64,000 nucleotides of DNA, taken from Deltaproteobacteria bacterium (GTDB lineage: Bacteria; Myxococcota; Kuafuiibacteriia; Kuafuiibacteriales; Kuafuiibacteriaceae). The notes under the pieces were generated by a model. That model was not told the origin of the DNA. It was given only the letters and a program-made list of their open reading frames with translations, and did not search any database. A program made the translations under genes and the position numbers. The stretch lies in the NCBI GenBank assembly GCA_040218735.1, contig JAVJQW010000018.1, forward strand, positions 256,001-320,000, read 5' to 3'. Of this stretch, positions 18,941 to 32,182 are shown piece by piece (position 1 is the first letter of the stretch; each line of letters starts with the position of its first letter).

Positions 18941-19812
18941 GCGAGCGCGAGCAGACGACCCAGGGGCTGATCAGCGCCCTCGGGGCGTTCCTGATCTGGG
19001 GCTTGCTGCCGATCTACTGGAAGCTGTTCGCGGGCGTCGCGCCGACGGAGGTGATCGCGCAGCGGATCCTCTGGACGGCGATCCTGACGGTCGCGGTGCT
19101 GACGGTCGCGGGGCGCGCGCGTGAGGTCGTCGCGGTGTTCGCGACGAAGAAAGGGCTGCTGGCGACGGTCGCGTCGAGTTTCTTCATATCGATGAACGGG
19201 TTGGTCTTCGTCATCGCGGTGTCGTCGGGGCGCATCACCGAGGTGAGCCTCGGGTACTACGTGAACCCGCTGCTCAACGCGTTACTCGGTGTGCTCGTGC
19301 TGCGGGAGCGGCCGACGCCGCGGCAGGCGATCGCGATCGGCCTGGCGACGATCGGCGTCGTCTACGCGACCGTGAGTCAGGGTGTCTTTCCGTGGATCTC
19401 GATCGCGCTCGCGGGGTGTTTCGGTTTCTACGGCCTCGTGCGCAAGGTCGCGCCGGCCGAAGCGCTGCCGGGGCTCGCCGCGGAGATGACGCTCGCGGCG
19501 CCGGTCGCGCTGATCTACCTGTGCGTCGCGCCGCCGGTGGTCTTCGGCGCGTTCGTGACGGAGGGCCCGGCGATGGCGGCGTTGCTCGCGACCACCGGCG
19601 TCGCGAGCGCGATGCCGCTGTACCTCTTCACACGCGGCGCGCGTCAGTTGCCGTACATCACGGTCGGGCTGTTGATGTACGTCGCGCCGACGCTTCAGCT
19701 GTTGGTCGCCGTGATCGTGTACGGGGAGCCGTTCACGACGACCCACGCGGTGACGTTCGGATTCATCTGGGTCGCCATCGCGCTGTACGTGAGTGACCTG
19801 CGGAAGCGGTGA
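18937..19812 (+). CDS. rarD: EamA family transporter RarD
   Basis: [35 protein letters not shown]; about 10 TM; ATGA overlap with rlmD. Confidence 0.92.
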   Translation: MSEREQTTQGLISALGAFLIWGLLPIYWKLFAGVAPTEVIAQRILWTAILTVAVLTVAGRAREVVAVFATKKGLLATVASSFFISMNGLVFVIAVSSGRITEVSLGYYVNPLLNALLGVLVLRERPTPRQAIAIGLATIGVVYATVSQGVFPWISIALAGCFGFYGLVRKVAPAEALPGLAAEMTLAAPVALIYLCVAPPVVFGAFVTEGPAMAALLATTGVASAMPLYLFTRGARQLPYITVGLLMYVAPTLQLLVAVIVYGEPFTTTHAVTFGFIWVAIALYVSDLRKR

Positions 19813-19906
19813 CGTCGCACGGCGTTGGATTCGTTGTACGCTGGGGCGCCGGCATGAACGCACGAGCTGAAGACGCGCGGCGCCGCCGCGGCGGTGGCGA
19901 CGTCCC

Positions 19907-21727
<1,821 letters not shown>

Positions 21728-21731
21728 AGAG

Positions 21732-22379
21732 ATGAGCGCGCATCGGCTACGCATGGTCGTGACCCGTGCGTTCGTTGCAGCCGGTGCTCGAGGCGGGTAC
21801 GTCTTCGCGTCGGCCTTGGGAGAGAGCGACACGCCACGAGCGGCGTCGGCGCGGGACGGCCTGACGCTCGAGAAGCTCTTCCGCGACCACGTGGACGATG
21901 TGCACCGGATCGTCGCCCGGCTCCTCGGCCCGGCGGCTTCGGACTCGGACATCGACGACGTCGTGCAGCAGGTCTTCGTCGCGGTGCACTCCGCGCTCCC
22001 GCGTTTCCGCGGGGACTCGAAGGTGACCACGTGGCTCTACGGCATCGCGACGCGCACCGTGCTCGGGCACCTGCGGAGCGGGCGTCGCCACCGGCGCATG
22101 GTCGAGACGCTGGAGGCGATGACCCAGGTCCTCCCGGCCGAGACCGCTCACCCCGAAGCGCAGGCGGAGCGGCGCGAAGCGCTCCAGCGGGTGTGGCGCG
22201 CGCTGATGCAGATCAAACCGAAGAAACGCGTGGTGTTCCTGCTCTACCAGGTCGAGGGGCTCAGCGGTCGCGAGATCGCGGAGGCGCTCGACGTGCGCCC
22301 GGCGACCGTCCACACGCGGCTGTACCACGCGCGGCGTGAGCTCGACGCCGCGCTCGCGCGCGAGGAGACGCAGCGATGA
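21732..22379 (+). CDS. ECF RNA polymerase sigma factor
   Basis: DDVVQQVF..FRGDSKVTTWLYGIA (region 2); VFLLYQVEGLSGREIAEAL..TVHTRLYHARREL (region 4). Confidence 0.93.
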   Translation: MSAHRLRMVVTRAFVAAGARGGYVFASALGESDTPRAASARDGLTLEKLFRDHVDDVHRIVARLLGPAASDSDIDDVVQQVFVAVHSALPRFRGDSKVTTWLYGIATRTVLGHLRSGRRHRRMVETLEAMTQVLPAETAHPEAQAERREALQRVWRALMQIKPKKRVVFLLYQVEGLSGREIAEALDVRPATVHTRLYHARRELDAALAREETQR

Positions 22380-23584
22380 CGTGCCCGATGCGCGACGACC
22401 TCTACCGCTACCCGTGGCCGGGGATCACGGACGAAGAGCGGCGCTCCCTTCGCCAGCACACGTCGGGGTGTGAGGTCTGTCGGGCCACCGCGGTTCGGCT
22501 CGGCGATGCGTCGGAGCTGCTGGCGGCCGACCGCGCCGAGCTCGCCCCCGCGCGTCGCGTCGCGCTGTGGTCGGCGATCGAAGCCGAGACGAGCGGCCCG
22601 CGTTGGGGCTGGCCGGCGTTGGTGTTCGGCGTGGCGTTGGCCGTCGCGCTCCTGGTCGTCGTGCGCGCGCCGTCGGAGGACGCGTTCGTCGTCACGGGCG
22701 GGGAGCTCGTCGAGCCGTCGCGATCGCTCGTGTCGGGGGAGCGCCGTACCGCCGCGACGAACGTGCGCATCGAACGCGCCGCCGCGAAGCTCCAGCTCGC
22801 GGAAGGCACCGTCTTCACGCTGACGCCTCGTGACTTCGTGCGTGTCGAGCGCGGTCGACTCGACCTCGAGCTCGAGGGCGCCGAGAAGCTGGACGTCGAG
22901 ATCCCCGTCGCACACGTCGCGTTCCTCGGCGACGGCGCGGCCGCGACGGTCGACGTCGACGACGGCTTCGCGCGGGTCGAGGTCCACCGCGGACACGCAC
23001 GGGTCACGCCCCGCGACGGGACGCCGCAGAGCGTCGAGGCGAAGCAACGATGGACCCATCCGCCGCCCGAAGAGGCGCGCAAGCGACATCGCGCTCAGCT
23101 CGATCGAGCGCGTTCGATCGTCGCGGACGACGCGCCCGCTGCGCAGAAGATCGCGCAGGCCGTGCTGGAGCGCGATGCGGACGACGCCGAGGCGGTCGAC
23201 GCGCTCGCACTGATCGCCGACGCCTATCGCCGCAGCGGCGAGCACCGGAGCGCCGCCGACTACTACGCGCAGGTCGCCGCCCACCCCGCCGGACGCGGCT
23301 ACGCGGAGGAGGCGTTGCTGCGTCGCGCGAAGATGCTCCGCGCCGACGGCGACGACGAAGCCGCGCTCGCCGCGCTCGAAGAAGCCGCGAGACGTTTCGC
23401 GGACGGCCCCCTCGCACCCGAGCGCGTCGCGCTCACGGTACACACGCTGACGGCGGTCGGGCGGTTCGACGAAGCGGCGCGTCGCCTCGAAGGCGCCGCG
23501 GACACGCCTGCGGTGCGCGCGGCGCGGGACGAGCTCGAAAACGCGCGACGAATGAAGAACTCGAAGGGGAGCGGCCACCCATGA
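22376..23584 (+). CDS. Anti-sigma factor: ZAS HxxxCxxC, TM, FecR-like domain, C-terminal TPR
   Basis: HTSGCEVC; TM WGWPALVFGVALAV; FecR-like VERGRL/VEVHRGHARV; TPR helices (YAEEALLRRA, FADGPLAPE). Confidence 0.8.
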   Translation: MTCPMRDDLYRYPWPGITDEERRSLRQHTSGCEVCRATAVRLGDASELLAADRAELAPARRVALWSAIEAETSGPRWGWPALVFGVALAVALLVVVRAPSEDAFVVTGGELVEPSRSLVSGERRTAATNVRIERAAAKLQLAEGTVFTLTPRDFVRVERGRLDLELEGAEKLDVEIPVAHVAFLGDGAAATVDVDDGFARVEVHRGHARVTPRDGTPQSVEAKQRWTHPPPEEARKRHRAQLDRARSIVADDAPAAQKIAQAVLERDADDAEAVDALALIADAYRRSGEHRSAADYYAQVAAHPAGRGYAEEALLRRAKMLRADGDDEAALAALEEAARRFADGPLAPERVALTVHTLTAVGRFDEAARRLEGAADTPAVRAARDELENARRMKNSKGSGHP

Positions 23585-25203
23585 ACGTGAGACGCACAAA
23601 ACCTCTGCTCCTCGTCCCGCTCCTGCTCGCGTCGTGCACGAAGGACTTCACGATGCAGGAGGTCACGTCGACGCGCGTTTCGGCGTCGGCCGGCGGCATC
23701 GCGAAGAGTCACGACGGCCTCGTCGAGGTCGAGTTCGCGCCGGGCGCGCTCGCAGCGGACACCGACATTCGTATCGAAGCGAAGCGTGATCTCATGAGCT
23801 CCGAGATCGAGTCTCGCGCCGTCTACGATCTGGGACCCGACGGCCTCACCTTCGAAGGTCAGGTGACCGTTCGCTTCCGCGTGGACGCGGGGGGCGAGGA
23901 GCTCGTCGTCGTGAACCTCGACACCGGCGAGCCCGCCGAGATCGCGACCTCGTCTCACGACGTCGCGTCGGGCGTCGTCACCGCGCAGCTCGAGCACTTC
24001 TCGCTCTACGCGCTCATCCTTCGCTACCGAGCCTGCCGCAACAAGACTTGCGGTGACTCGTGTTCGCTGTGTCCGCCGTGGCGGCCGACGTGCACCGAGC
24101 CGCCCGGAGGTCCGCGGGTGTGTGGGCCGCAGGGCCTTTGCGTTGCGCAGTCGTCGCCCGAGGCGCTGTGCCACTACGACGGGGGCACGACGTCGCCGTT
24201 CCGCGACGGCGGTCCGCCGCGCGACGGCGGCGAGACGTCCGGGCTCGACACCGGCGTCTACGACGCGCCGATTCGGGACGGCAGCGTCTCCGGCGTCGTC
24301 ACCGAGGTCGAGCCGAACAACACGTGGCAGGACGCACAGACCCTCGCCGTCGACGTGGGGCTCCCCGCGACCGTGATCGCGTCGATCAACCCCGCGGGCG
24401 ATCAGGACTACTTCGCGTTCATCGTCCCGCCGGGCCAGTCGATCGAGGTGCAAGCGACCACCTACGATCAAGCGCAACCCTACGGCTGCCTCACCGCCGA
24501 CACGGTGCTCACGCTCTTCGACAACGCGCAGACCGAGCTCATGTCCAACGACGACTACGGCGTCGGCGGCTGCTCGCGCGTGACCTCGGTGCTCCCGAGC
24601 GGACTGTATTATCTCCGCGTCCGCCAGTTCGCCGGACAGACGATCCCGAGCTACCGACTTGAGGTCCTGTTCCGCCTCGTGGGCAGCGGCGGCGACGGTG
24701 GCGTGCGCGACGGCGCCGTCACACCCGCGGTCGACGCAGGCGTCGGCAGCGATGGCGGACCTGGACCGAGCGACGGAGGCCCCGGACCGAGCGACGGCGG
24801 TCCGACGCGCGACGGCGGCATCTCGACGTACTTCGAGTCCGAGCCGAACGACACCCTCGCGCAGGCGAACTTCTACGGGCTCCCCGCAACCGTGGCGGGC
24901 GCGATCGACCCCGTCGGCGACGTCGATCTCTTCGTCTACACGATCCCCCCGACCGTCTCGCAGCTCTCGCTGACGACGTACACCCAGCTCGGGGATCCGA
25001 CGGTCTGCGTCGGCGCGGACACCGTGTTGCGCCTCTTCGACGGAGCGGGCACCCAGCTCACCTCGAACGACGACTACAGCGGGCTCAGCTGCTCGCGAAT
25101 CGTGTGGTCGGTGATGCCCGGCCAGACCTACTACTTCCGGGTCGAGCACTTCGGGAACAACGGGACGATCCCGAGCTACTTCCTCGACGCGTTCATCCAG
25201 TAG
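23581..25203 (+). CDS. Lipoprotein with ZU5-like domain, Cys-rich segment and two PPC-like domains
   Basis: Lipobox LLASC; FAPGAL..YDLGPDGLTF..LEHFSLY; two E.EPN(N/D)T..A...GD.D.F...DTVL.LFD...SNDDY repeats. Confidence 0.75.
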   Translation: MNVRRTKPLLLVPLLLASCTKDFTMQEVTSTRVSASAGGIAKSHDGLVEVEFAPGALAADTDIRIEAKRDLMSSEIESRAVYDLGPDGLTFEGQVTVRFRVDAGGEELVVVNLDTGEPAEIATSSHDVASGVVTAQLEHFSLYALILRYRACRNKTCGDSCSLCPPWRPTCTEPPGGPRVCGPQGLCVAQSSPEALCHYDGGTTSPFRDGGPPRDGGETSGLDTGVYDAPIRDGSVSGVVTEVEPNNTWQDAQTLAVDVGLPATVIASINPAGDQDYFAFIVPPGQSIEVQATTYDQAQPYGCLTADTVLTLFDNAQTELMSNDDYGVGGCSRVTSVLPSGLYYLRVRQFAGQTIPSYRLEVLFRLVGSGGDGGVRDGAVTPAVDAGVGSDGGPGPSDGGPGPSDGGPTRDGGISTYFESEPNDTLAQANFYGLPATVAGAIDPVGDVDLFVYTIPPTVSQLSLTTYTQLGDPTVCVGADTVLRLFDGAGTQLTSNDDYSGLSCSRIVWSVMPGQTYYFRVEHFGNNGTIPSYFLDAFIQ

Positions 25204-25258
25204 CCGCGCCGATTTCGTTTGGTGCCCGGGCCGCACATCCCCTAGAAGAGGGGCCGTC

Positions 25259-26662
25259 ATGTCGAAGCTCCCGGTCATCGCGCCCGAGGCGGCTCCGCCC
25301 GAGCCTGCGTTCGATGGGCCGCTCGCCTACGCGTCGGCGCTCTCGCCGAAGCGCATCTACGTCGACACCTTCGGTTGCCAGATGAACGCGCACGACTCGC
25401 AGCGCATGGTGAGCCTGATGGCGGGTGAGGGCTACGCGCCGACCGACACCCCCGACGACGCCGATCTCATCGTCCTCAACAGCTGCAGCGTCCGCGAGAA
25501 GGCCGAGCAGAAGCTCCGCACGCGCGCCGGGCAGATGAAGCGCATCAAGCGGAAGAACCGCGACGTCGTCCTCGCGATCGGCGGCTGTGTCGCGCAGCAG
25601 GAAGGCCAGCGCATGATGGAGCGCATCCCGCAGGCGGACATCGTCTTCGGGCCCGACCACATCGCGAGCCTCCCGGACCTCGTGCGAAACGTTCGAGAGG
25701 ATCGCCAGCGCATCCTGCGCACCGACTTCCTCGACCGCGAGGCGTACGCCTTCCCCGCGATCACCGACGAGAACCCCGCCGAGGTCAGCGCCTACGTCAG
25801 CGTGATGAAGGGCTGCGACAAGTTTTGCACCTTCTGCATCGTGCCGTTTACGCGCGGCCGCGAGGTGAGCCGATCGGCCGACGAGATCGTCGAAGAGGTA
25901 AAGAAACTCGCGGGGCAGGGCAGTAAGGAGATCGTGCTGCTCGGGCAGACGGTCAACAGCTATGGCCGCCGCAAGAAGGACGGCCACATCCCGTTCCACG
26001 AGTTGCTCGCGCGCGTCGCCAGCGTGGACGGCGTGGAGCGCGTTCGATTCACGTCGCCGCATCCGTCCGACTTCTCCGACGAGCAGATCCGCGCGTTCGC
26101 CGAGCTCCCCGAGCTGTGCCCGCACATGCACTTGCCGGTGCAGTCGGGCAGCACGAAGGTCCTCACCGCGATGCGCCGCGGTTACACCCGCGAGGAGTTC
26201 CTCGCGATCACCGACCGCCTGAACGAAGTGGCGCCGCAAGTCGCGTTGACGACGGACATCATCGTCGGCTTCCCGGGCGAGACCGAGGAAGACTTCGAAC
26301 AGACGCTCTCGCTCATGGAGCGCGTGAACTTCCAGGCGTCGTACTCGTTCGCCTACTCGGAGCGGGTCGGGACCCGCGCGCTGCAGATCGAGCCGGAGGT
26401 GCCGCTCGAGGAGAGGATGCGCCGGTTGCACGTCCTCCAGGCGCTGCAGAACGCCCTCACCAAGAGGTGGCTGGACGGCATGGTCGGGCAGAAGCAGACC
26501 GTGATGATCGAGGGGCCCTCGAAGACCGACGCGACGCGGAGCACCGGGCGCAACGGCCAGAACCGGCCCGTGCACGTGGACGGGACGTTCGCGCCGGGGA
26601 CGATGCTCGAGGTCGAGATCGTCGAGGCCTTCAACCACTCGCTGCTGGGGCGCGCGGCGTGA
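25259..26662 (+). CDS. miaB: tRNA-2-methylthio-N6-dimethylallyladenosine synthase
   Basis: TFGCQMNAHDS, NSCSVREKAE, GCVAQQEG, radical SAM CDKFCTFC, HLPVQSGS, C-terminal TRAM. Confidence 0.96.
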   Translation: MSKLPVIAPEAAPPEPAFDGPLAYASALSPKRIYVDTFGCQMNAHDSQRMVSLMAGEGYAPTDTPDDADLIVLNSCSVREKAEQKLRTRAGQMKRIKRKNRDVVLAIGGCVAQQEGQRMMERIPQADIVFGPDHIASLPDLVRNVREDRQRILRTDFLDREAYAFPAITDENPAEVSAYVSVMKGCDKFCTFCIVPFTRGREVSRSADEIVEEVKKLAGQGSKEIVLLGQTVNSYGRRKKDGHIPFHELLARVASVDGVERVRFTSPHPSDFSDEQIRAFAELPELCPHMHLPVQSGSTKVLTAMRRGYTREEFLAITDRLNEVAPQVALTTDIIVGFPGETEEDFEQTLSLMERVNFQASYSFAYSERVGTRALQIEPEVPLEERMRRLHVLQALQNALTKRWLDGMVGQKQTVMIEGPSKTDATRSTGRNGQNRPVHVDGTFAPGTMLEVEIVEAFNHSLLGRAA

Positions 26663-27183
26663 GGGGCACGGTCCTCCCGTACCTGGACACCACGCCGAAG
26701 CTCGGGAGCGGCGTGTACCTCGCGCCCGGGTCGTTTGTGATCGGGGACGTCGAGATTGGCGAGGACAGCTCCGTGTGGTTCAACACGGTCATCCGCGGGG
26801 ACGTCTTCCCGATCCGCATCGGCGCCCGATCGAACGTTCAGGACAACTCGGTCATCCACGTCACCACGGACAAGTTCTCCACGGTGATCGAGGACGACGT
26901 CACCGTCGGCCACAGCGTCACGCTGCACGGTTGCACCATCAAGTCGGGCGCGTTGATCGGGATGGGCGCGATCATCCTGGACCGCGCGGTCGTGGAAGAG
27001 GGCGCGCTCGTCGCGGCGGGTGCGTTGGTGCCGCAGGGGATGGTCGTCCCGGCGGGCATGGTCGCGATGGGATCGCCCGCGAAGATTCGACGGCCGGTCA
27101 GCGACGAGGAGCGCGAGTACCTCGCGTATGCGTCGGGCCACTACGTCGACATCGCGCGCAACTACCTGAACAATCTCGGTTGA
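26659..27183 (+). CDS. Gamma carbonic anhydrase family protein (YrdA/CaiE-like)
   Basis: Hexapeptide repeats, IRGDV, NVQDNSVIH, GHSVTLHGC; GTGA overlap with miaB stop. Confidence 0.92.
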   Translation: MRGTVLPYLDTTPKLGSGVYLAPGSFVIGDVEIGEDSSVWFNTVIRGDVFPIRIGARSNVQDNSVIHVTTDKFSTVIEDDVTVGHSVTLHGCTIKSGALIGMGAIILDRAVVEEGALVAAGALVPQGMVVPAGMVAMGSPAKIRRPVSDEEREYLAYASGHYVDIARNYLNNLG

Positions 27184-27276
27184 GCGACCTTGCTCGCAGG
27201 TTGGGCCGCTGCTATCAAACGAGCGGCGCCGTCGCGGGATTTCGGGCCTAGCGCCCAAAATCGGGGCCGGGGAGAT

Positions 27277-27300
27277 CGTTCGACGGGCGACCGTCGAACG
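27277..27300 (+). other. Perfect 10-bp stem with GCGA tetraloop (terminator or 5'-UTR hairpin)
   Basis: CGTTCGACGG-GCGA-CCGTCGAACG; no U-tract follows. Confidence 0.5.
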
Positions 27301-27330
27301 GGGGGCGAGCCGCGGCGACGTCTTTGGTCG

Positions 27331-27807
27331 ATGTCGAACAACGCGGAGATCGTTCGGACGCTCAAGTCGGCCGCGCTGTTCAAGAACTTCACCGACACCG
27401 GTCTGCAGATCGTCGCTTCCATCGCGCAGACCAAACGCATCCCGCCGAACACACCGCTCTTCGTCGAGAACATGATCGGCGAGGGCCTCTACGTCATCGC
27501 GGACGGGATGATCCGCCTCGCGGTGCGCGGACCGAACGGGCAGGAGACGACGCTGACGATGTTGTCCGCGGGGGACTCACTCGGCGAGGCCGCCATCCTC
27601 CGCCAGGGCCCGCGCCTGTGCTCGGCGACGGCGGAGGTGGAGTCGACGGTGTTGGAGATCACGCGCCGGGACATCGCGCTGCTCCAGCGCAGCAAACCGC
27701 AGGCGTGCCTCAAGCTGATGATGGGCGTGGTGGAGCTGATCGGCGAGCGGCTGCAGAAGGCCGACCCCGATTTCCGCCAATTCCTCGCGTGGCGACTCGA
27801 CGTGTAG
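27331..27807 (+). CDS. Stand-alone cyclic-nucleotide-binding domain protein
   Basis: LFKNF, LFVENMIGEGLYVIADG, GDSLGEAAIL..GPRLCSATA; no HTH. Confidence 0.88.
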   Translation: MSNNAEIVRTLKSAALFKNFTDTGLQIVASIAQTKRIPPNTPLFVENMIGEGLYVIADGMIRLAVRGPNGQETTLTMLSAGDSLGEAAILRQGPRLCSATAEVESTVLEITRRDIALLQRSKPQACLKLMMGVVELIGERLQKADPDFRQFLAWRLDV

Positions 27808-27820
27808 TGAAATAGAGAGC

Positions 27821-28714
27821 GTGGAGGCGTACACGCCACTCGACGCGCAGATCGATGGGTACCTGTCCCATCTGCGCGTGGAGCGCTCGCTCGCGAAGAA
27901 CACCCTCGAGGCGTACAGCCGGGACCTGTCGGACTTCGCGGGTTGGATGATCGACGCAAAGGTCGCCGACGCGACGGCGATCGCCTCTCACCACGTCTCC
28001 GCCTGGGTTCGAAACCTCGCGAAGGCCGGCCTCAAGCCGAAGTCCCAGGCGCGCATGCTGGTGGCGGTGCGCGGCTTCTTCAGGCACCTGGTGCGGACGC
28101 GGATCCTCGGCGAGGACCCCGCGGCCCTCGTCGACCTCCCCAAACAAGAGCGGACGCTCCCGGATCCGGTGACCCTCGACGAGGTCATGGCGCTCCTGCG
28201 GGCAGCGTCGAACCCGCGCGATCGCGCCCTCGTGGTGCTGCTCTACGGCGCCGGGCTTCGGGTGAGCGAGGTGGTGGGGCTGGAGCTCGGTTCGATCTAC
28301 CTCGACGCGGGGCTCATCCGCGTGCTCGGCAAGGGCAACAAGGAGCGCGTGGTGCCGATCGGCCAGGAGGTGATCGACGCGGTGCGCCGATACATCGAGG
28401 AGGACCGACCGAAGCGCCTCGCCGGCAAGACGAGCGACCACCTGTTCCCAGGGCGGGGCGGGCGCGGCAAGCTCACGCGGCAGGCCGCGTTTGCGCTGCT
28501 CAGGCGCCTGCAGGTCGCCGCCGGGCTCTCGCGGGACATCTCGCCGCACAAACTACGCCACGCCTTCGCGACGCACCTCGTCCGGGGCGGCGCCGACCTC
28601 CGCTCGGTGCAGGCGATGCTCGGCCACGCGGACCTGCGGACTACGGAGGTCTACACCCACGTCGACAGCGACCACGTCCGCGCGACGTATGACCGCACGC
28701 ACCCGCGATCCTGA
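27821..28714 (+). CDS. xerD: Site-specific tyrosine recombinase XerD
   Basis: ERSLAKNTLEAYSRDL, LYGAGLRVSE, GKGNKERVVP, SPHKLRHAFATHL..GADLRSVQAMLGHADL.TTEVYTHV. Confidence 0.92.
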   Translation: MEAYTPLDAQIDGYLSHLRVERSLAKNTLEAYSRDLSDFAGWMIDAKVADATAIASHHVSAWVRNLAKAGLKPKSQARMLVAVRGFFRHLVRTRILGEDPAALVDLPKQERTLPDPVTLDEVMALLRAASNPRDRALVVLLYGAGLRVSEVVGLELGSIYLDAGLIRVLGKGNKERVVPIGQEVIDAVRRYIEEDRPKRLAGKTSDHLFPGRGGRGKLTRQAAFALLRRLQVAAGLSRDISPHKLRHAFATHLVRGGADLRSVQAMLGHADLRTTEVYTHVDSDHVRATYDRTHPRS

Positions 28715-28767
28715 AGGAAGGACTGATTGTCTCGCCCCGTAGAAGGGGCTACAAGGTTGGTTGGTCC

Positions 28768-29235
28768 GTGATGAAGCTCGAGACGAACCCGGCGTGGTCC
28801 ACGATGGACGACGAAATCCTCGACCTGATGCTCGACGAAGCCGAGCGCACGATCTTCGAGGTGGAAGGCCGGACGGACGAACCCGGCCGGCGCCTCGTGA
28901 CGATGGACGCCGACCCGCCCGGCGTGGCCGACCTGCGGCTCGCGATCGCGGAGCTGGTGGACGCCTACCCGGGCGTGCAGTTCGAGCTCGAGTCGGTGAG
29001 TGATCGCCTCCGGAACGTCGGCGCCCACGCGGCGACCGCGGAGCTGGAGTCCCGCCCGCACATCATGCACCTGGTGCGCCTCTCCCTGGAGGCGTTCTTC
29101 CGGCACTACCCGACCCTCGACGCCTACGAGGTCGACGCCACCCCGGACGATCCGGAAGACGACGCCCGCGCCCCGAGCGAGCTGTACGAGATGTACGGCC
29201 AGATCCTCGCGGCGCTCCGCGCGCGGCTCAGCTGA
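28768..29235 (+). CDS. Hypothetical acidic protein
   Basis: 155-aa ORF with typical GC3-rich codon usage; no recognised motif. Confidence 0.6.
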   Translation: MMKLETNPAWSTMDDEILDLMLDEAERTIFEVEGRTDEPGRRLVTMDADPPGVADLRLAIAELVDAYPGVQFELESVSDRLRNVGAHAATAELESRPHIMHLVRLSLEAFFRHYPTLDAYEVDATPDDPEDDARAPSELYEMYGQILAALRARLS

Positions 29236-29326
29236 TCCGTTCCGCGTCCCCCCGCGAGCCTCACGATCTCCGCTGACCCGGGAACGGGTGTTTTCTCGGC
29301 ATCGTGCTTCGACGCAACGATGTCAG

Positions 29327-30112
29327 ATGATGTGCGATAACTTCAGCGTGGACATCAGCTGGCGTGGTCGTGGCCTCCCGGACGCCGTCCTGTCGGGCGT
29401 TCGTTCGATTCTCCAGGGACAGACGCCCAACCACGACCTCGCCGGGGCCATCACAAGTGTGAGCAAGGCCGGCGACGGGCACTTCGAGCGGTTCCTCGCC
29501 AACGGCAAGCCGCTCTTCGAGCCGGACATCGGCGACCCATCGCTGATGGCGCTGTACGGGGACTTCGTGGTGCCGCGGACGGCCGAGGTCATCGCGCACG
29601 GCAGCGGCCACATCTCGCTTCGCGTGCGCTCCCGGTGGATCGACTTCCGCTGGGAGGATCCGAGCGTCCCGGACGAGGAGAAGCGGATCGTGCGCACCGA
29701 CAAGGAGCTACGACCGACCCGCGTCCCGGCGATCGTTCACGCGTACGGTGGCCTCGCGTACGGCACATTGTTCTCGGGGACCGAGGCGGAGCTCGACGCG
29801 CTCGAGAAGGGGCTCCTCGAAGCGCCCGTGCCGATCCCGTTCGACTGGAGCGGCGATCGCGGGGAGACGTGTCTCAGCTACGCCGCGCGTCTCCTGGAGA
29901 CGCACGCACCGCAGCTCGGCATCACGTACGAAGTCGACCCGCCGCGGTTCCTCCACGCGCTGCGGAACAATCCCAACCGAAGGCTGACCACGGTCTATTC
30001 GAGCGAAGCGCAGAGCCTCTTCGGGTCGCAGGCCTTCTTGGATGCGTTGGCGCCGTACGTCGCCCACGCCGATGCGTTCGAACGCTCTGCGCGCAAACCC
30101 CTCTGGGCTTGA
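29327..30112 (+). CDS. Hypothetical protein, possibly permuted papain-like
   Basis: GHISLRV precedes ETCLSYAARLL (His before Cys); start uncertain. Confidence 0.5.
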   Translation: MMCDNFSVDISWRGRGLPDAVLSGVRSILQGQTPNHDLAGAITSVSKAGDGHFERFLANGKPLFEPDIGDPSLMALYGDFVVPRTAEVIAHGSGHISLRVRSRWIDFRWEDPSVPDEEKRIVRTDKELRPTRVPAIVHAYGGLAYGTLFSGTEAELDALEKGLLEAPVPIPFDWSGDRGETCLSYAARLLETHAPQLGITYEVDPPRFLHALRNNPNRRLTTVYSSEAQSLFGSQAFLDALAPYVAHADAFERSARKPLWA

Positions 30113-30118
30113 GCGACG

Positions 30119-31507
<1,389 letters not shown>

Positions 31508-31573
31508 TCGATAACTACCCTCGAATCGCTTCAACCGGCCGAGGCGCCGCATTATTCGCGATGGGTCTCTTGG

Positions 31574-32182
31574 CTACGTGTCCTCGTCCTCGTCCTCGTC
31601 GTGCTCCGCCGGTGACGAAGGCGTGACCTCCGGCTCCGCCGGGTCCCGGTGCTTGTGCGCGTTCGGATCCCATCCGACGTCCTCGGCGTCCGCGAGCAAC
31701 GATGCGTCTCCCTTTGGCGTGGGCACGTCGACCGGGCCGTAAACGGACTCGGACCGGGCCACCGGCTCCTTGGGCACCGGCGCCGGCACACCCGCGAACC
31801 GCTTCATGGCCGCGTGGAACACAAACTCCGTCTTCCCGATCGAGAACTCGTCGCCGTCGATCAGGTTCAGCCGGCGGACCGTCCGCCCCGCGAACGTGAT
31901 GCCGTTCTTGGAGCCCTGGTCCTGCAGCTTGAAGTAACCGCGGGCGTCCATCGTCAAAATCGCGTGGCGCCGCGAGACGAGCTCGTCGTCGAGCGCGAGG
32001 TCGACGTCCGCCGCCTTCCGCCCGATCACCATCTCGTCCTTCTCGATCGGGATCTCGACCTCGGGGACCCCCGGTCGACGCACCACCAACCGCGCGCCAT
32101 CGATCGGCGCTGCGCTCGTCGGCTCCGTCAGGTGCGGAGGGAGAGTCGGCCACTTGCCGGTGGGCGCGCCCGCGTCGCTCAC
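31574..32182 (-). CDS. FHA domain protein
   Basis: IGR, VSRRHA, DQGSKNG, GDEFSIGKTEF; acidic tail. Confidence 0.92.
   Translation of the reverse strand: MSDAGAPTGKWPTLPPHLTEPTSAAPIDGARLVVRRPGVPEVEIPIEKDEMVIGRKAADVDLALDDELVSRRHAILTMDARGYFKLQDQGSKNGITFAGRTVRRLNLIDGDEFSIGKTEFVFHAAMKRFAGVPAPVPKEPVARSESVYGPVDVPTPKGDASLLADAEDVGWDPNAHKHRDPAEPEVTPSSPAEHDEDEDEDT

Noticed and set aside
25259-26662. Radical SAM enzyme as a RiPP maturase
   Set aside because: Clear MiaB architecture (UPF0004, radical SAM and TRAM domains), a tRNA modification enzyme.
27821-28714. Tyrosine recombinase as a prophage or island integrase
   Set aside because: Length and motifs match housekeeping XerD; no att repeats, tRNA or phage genes seen.
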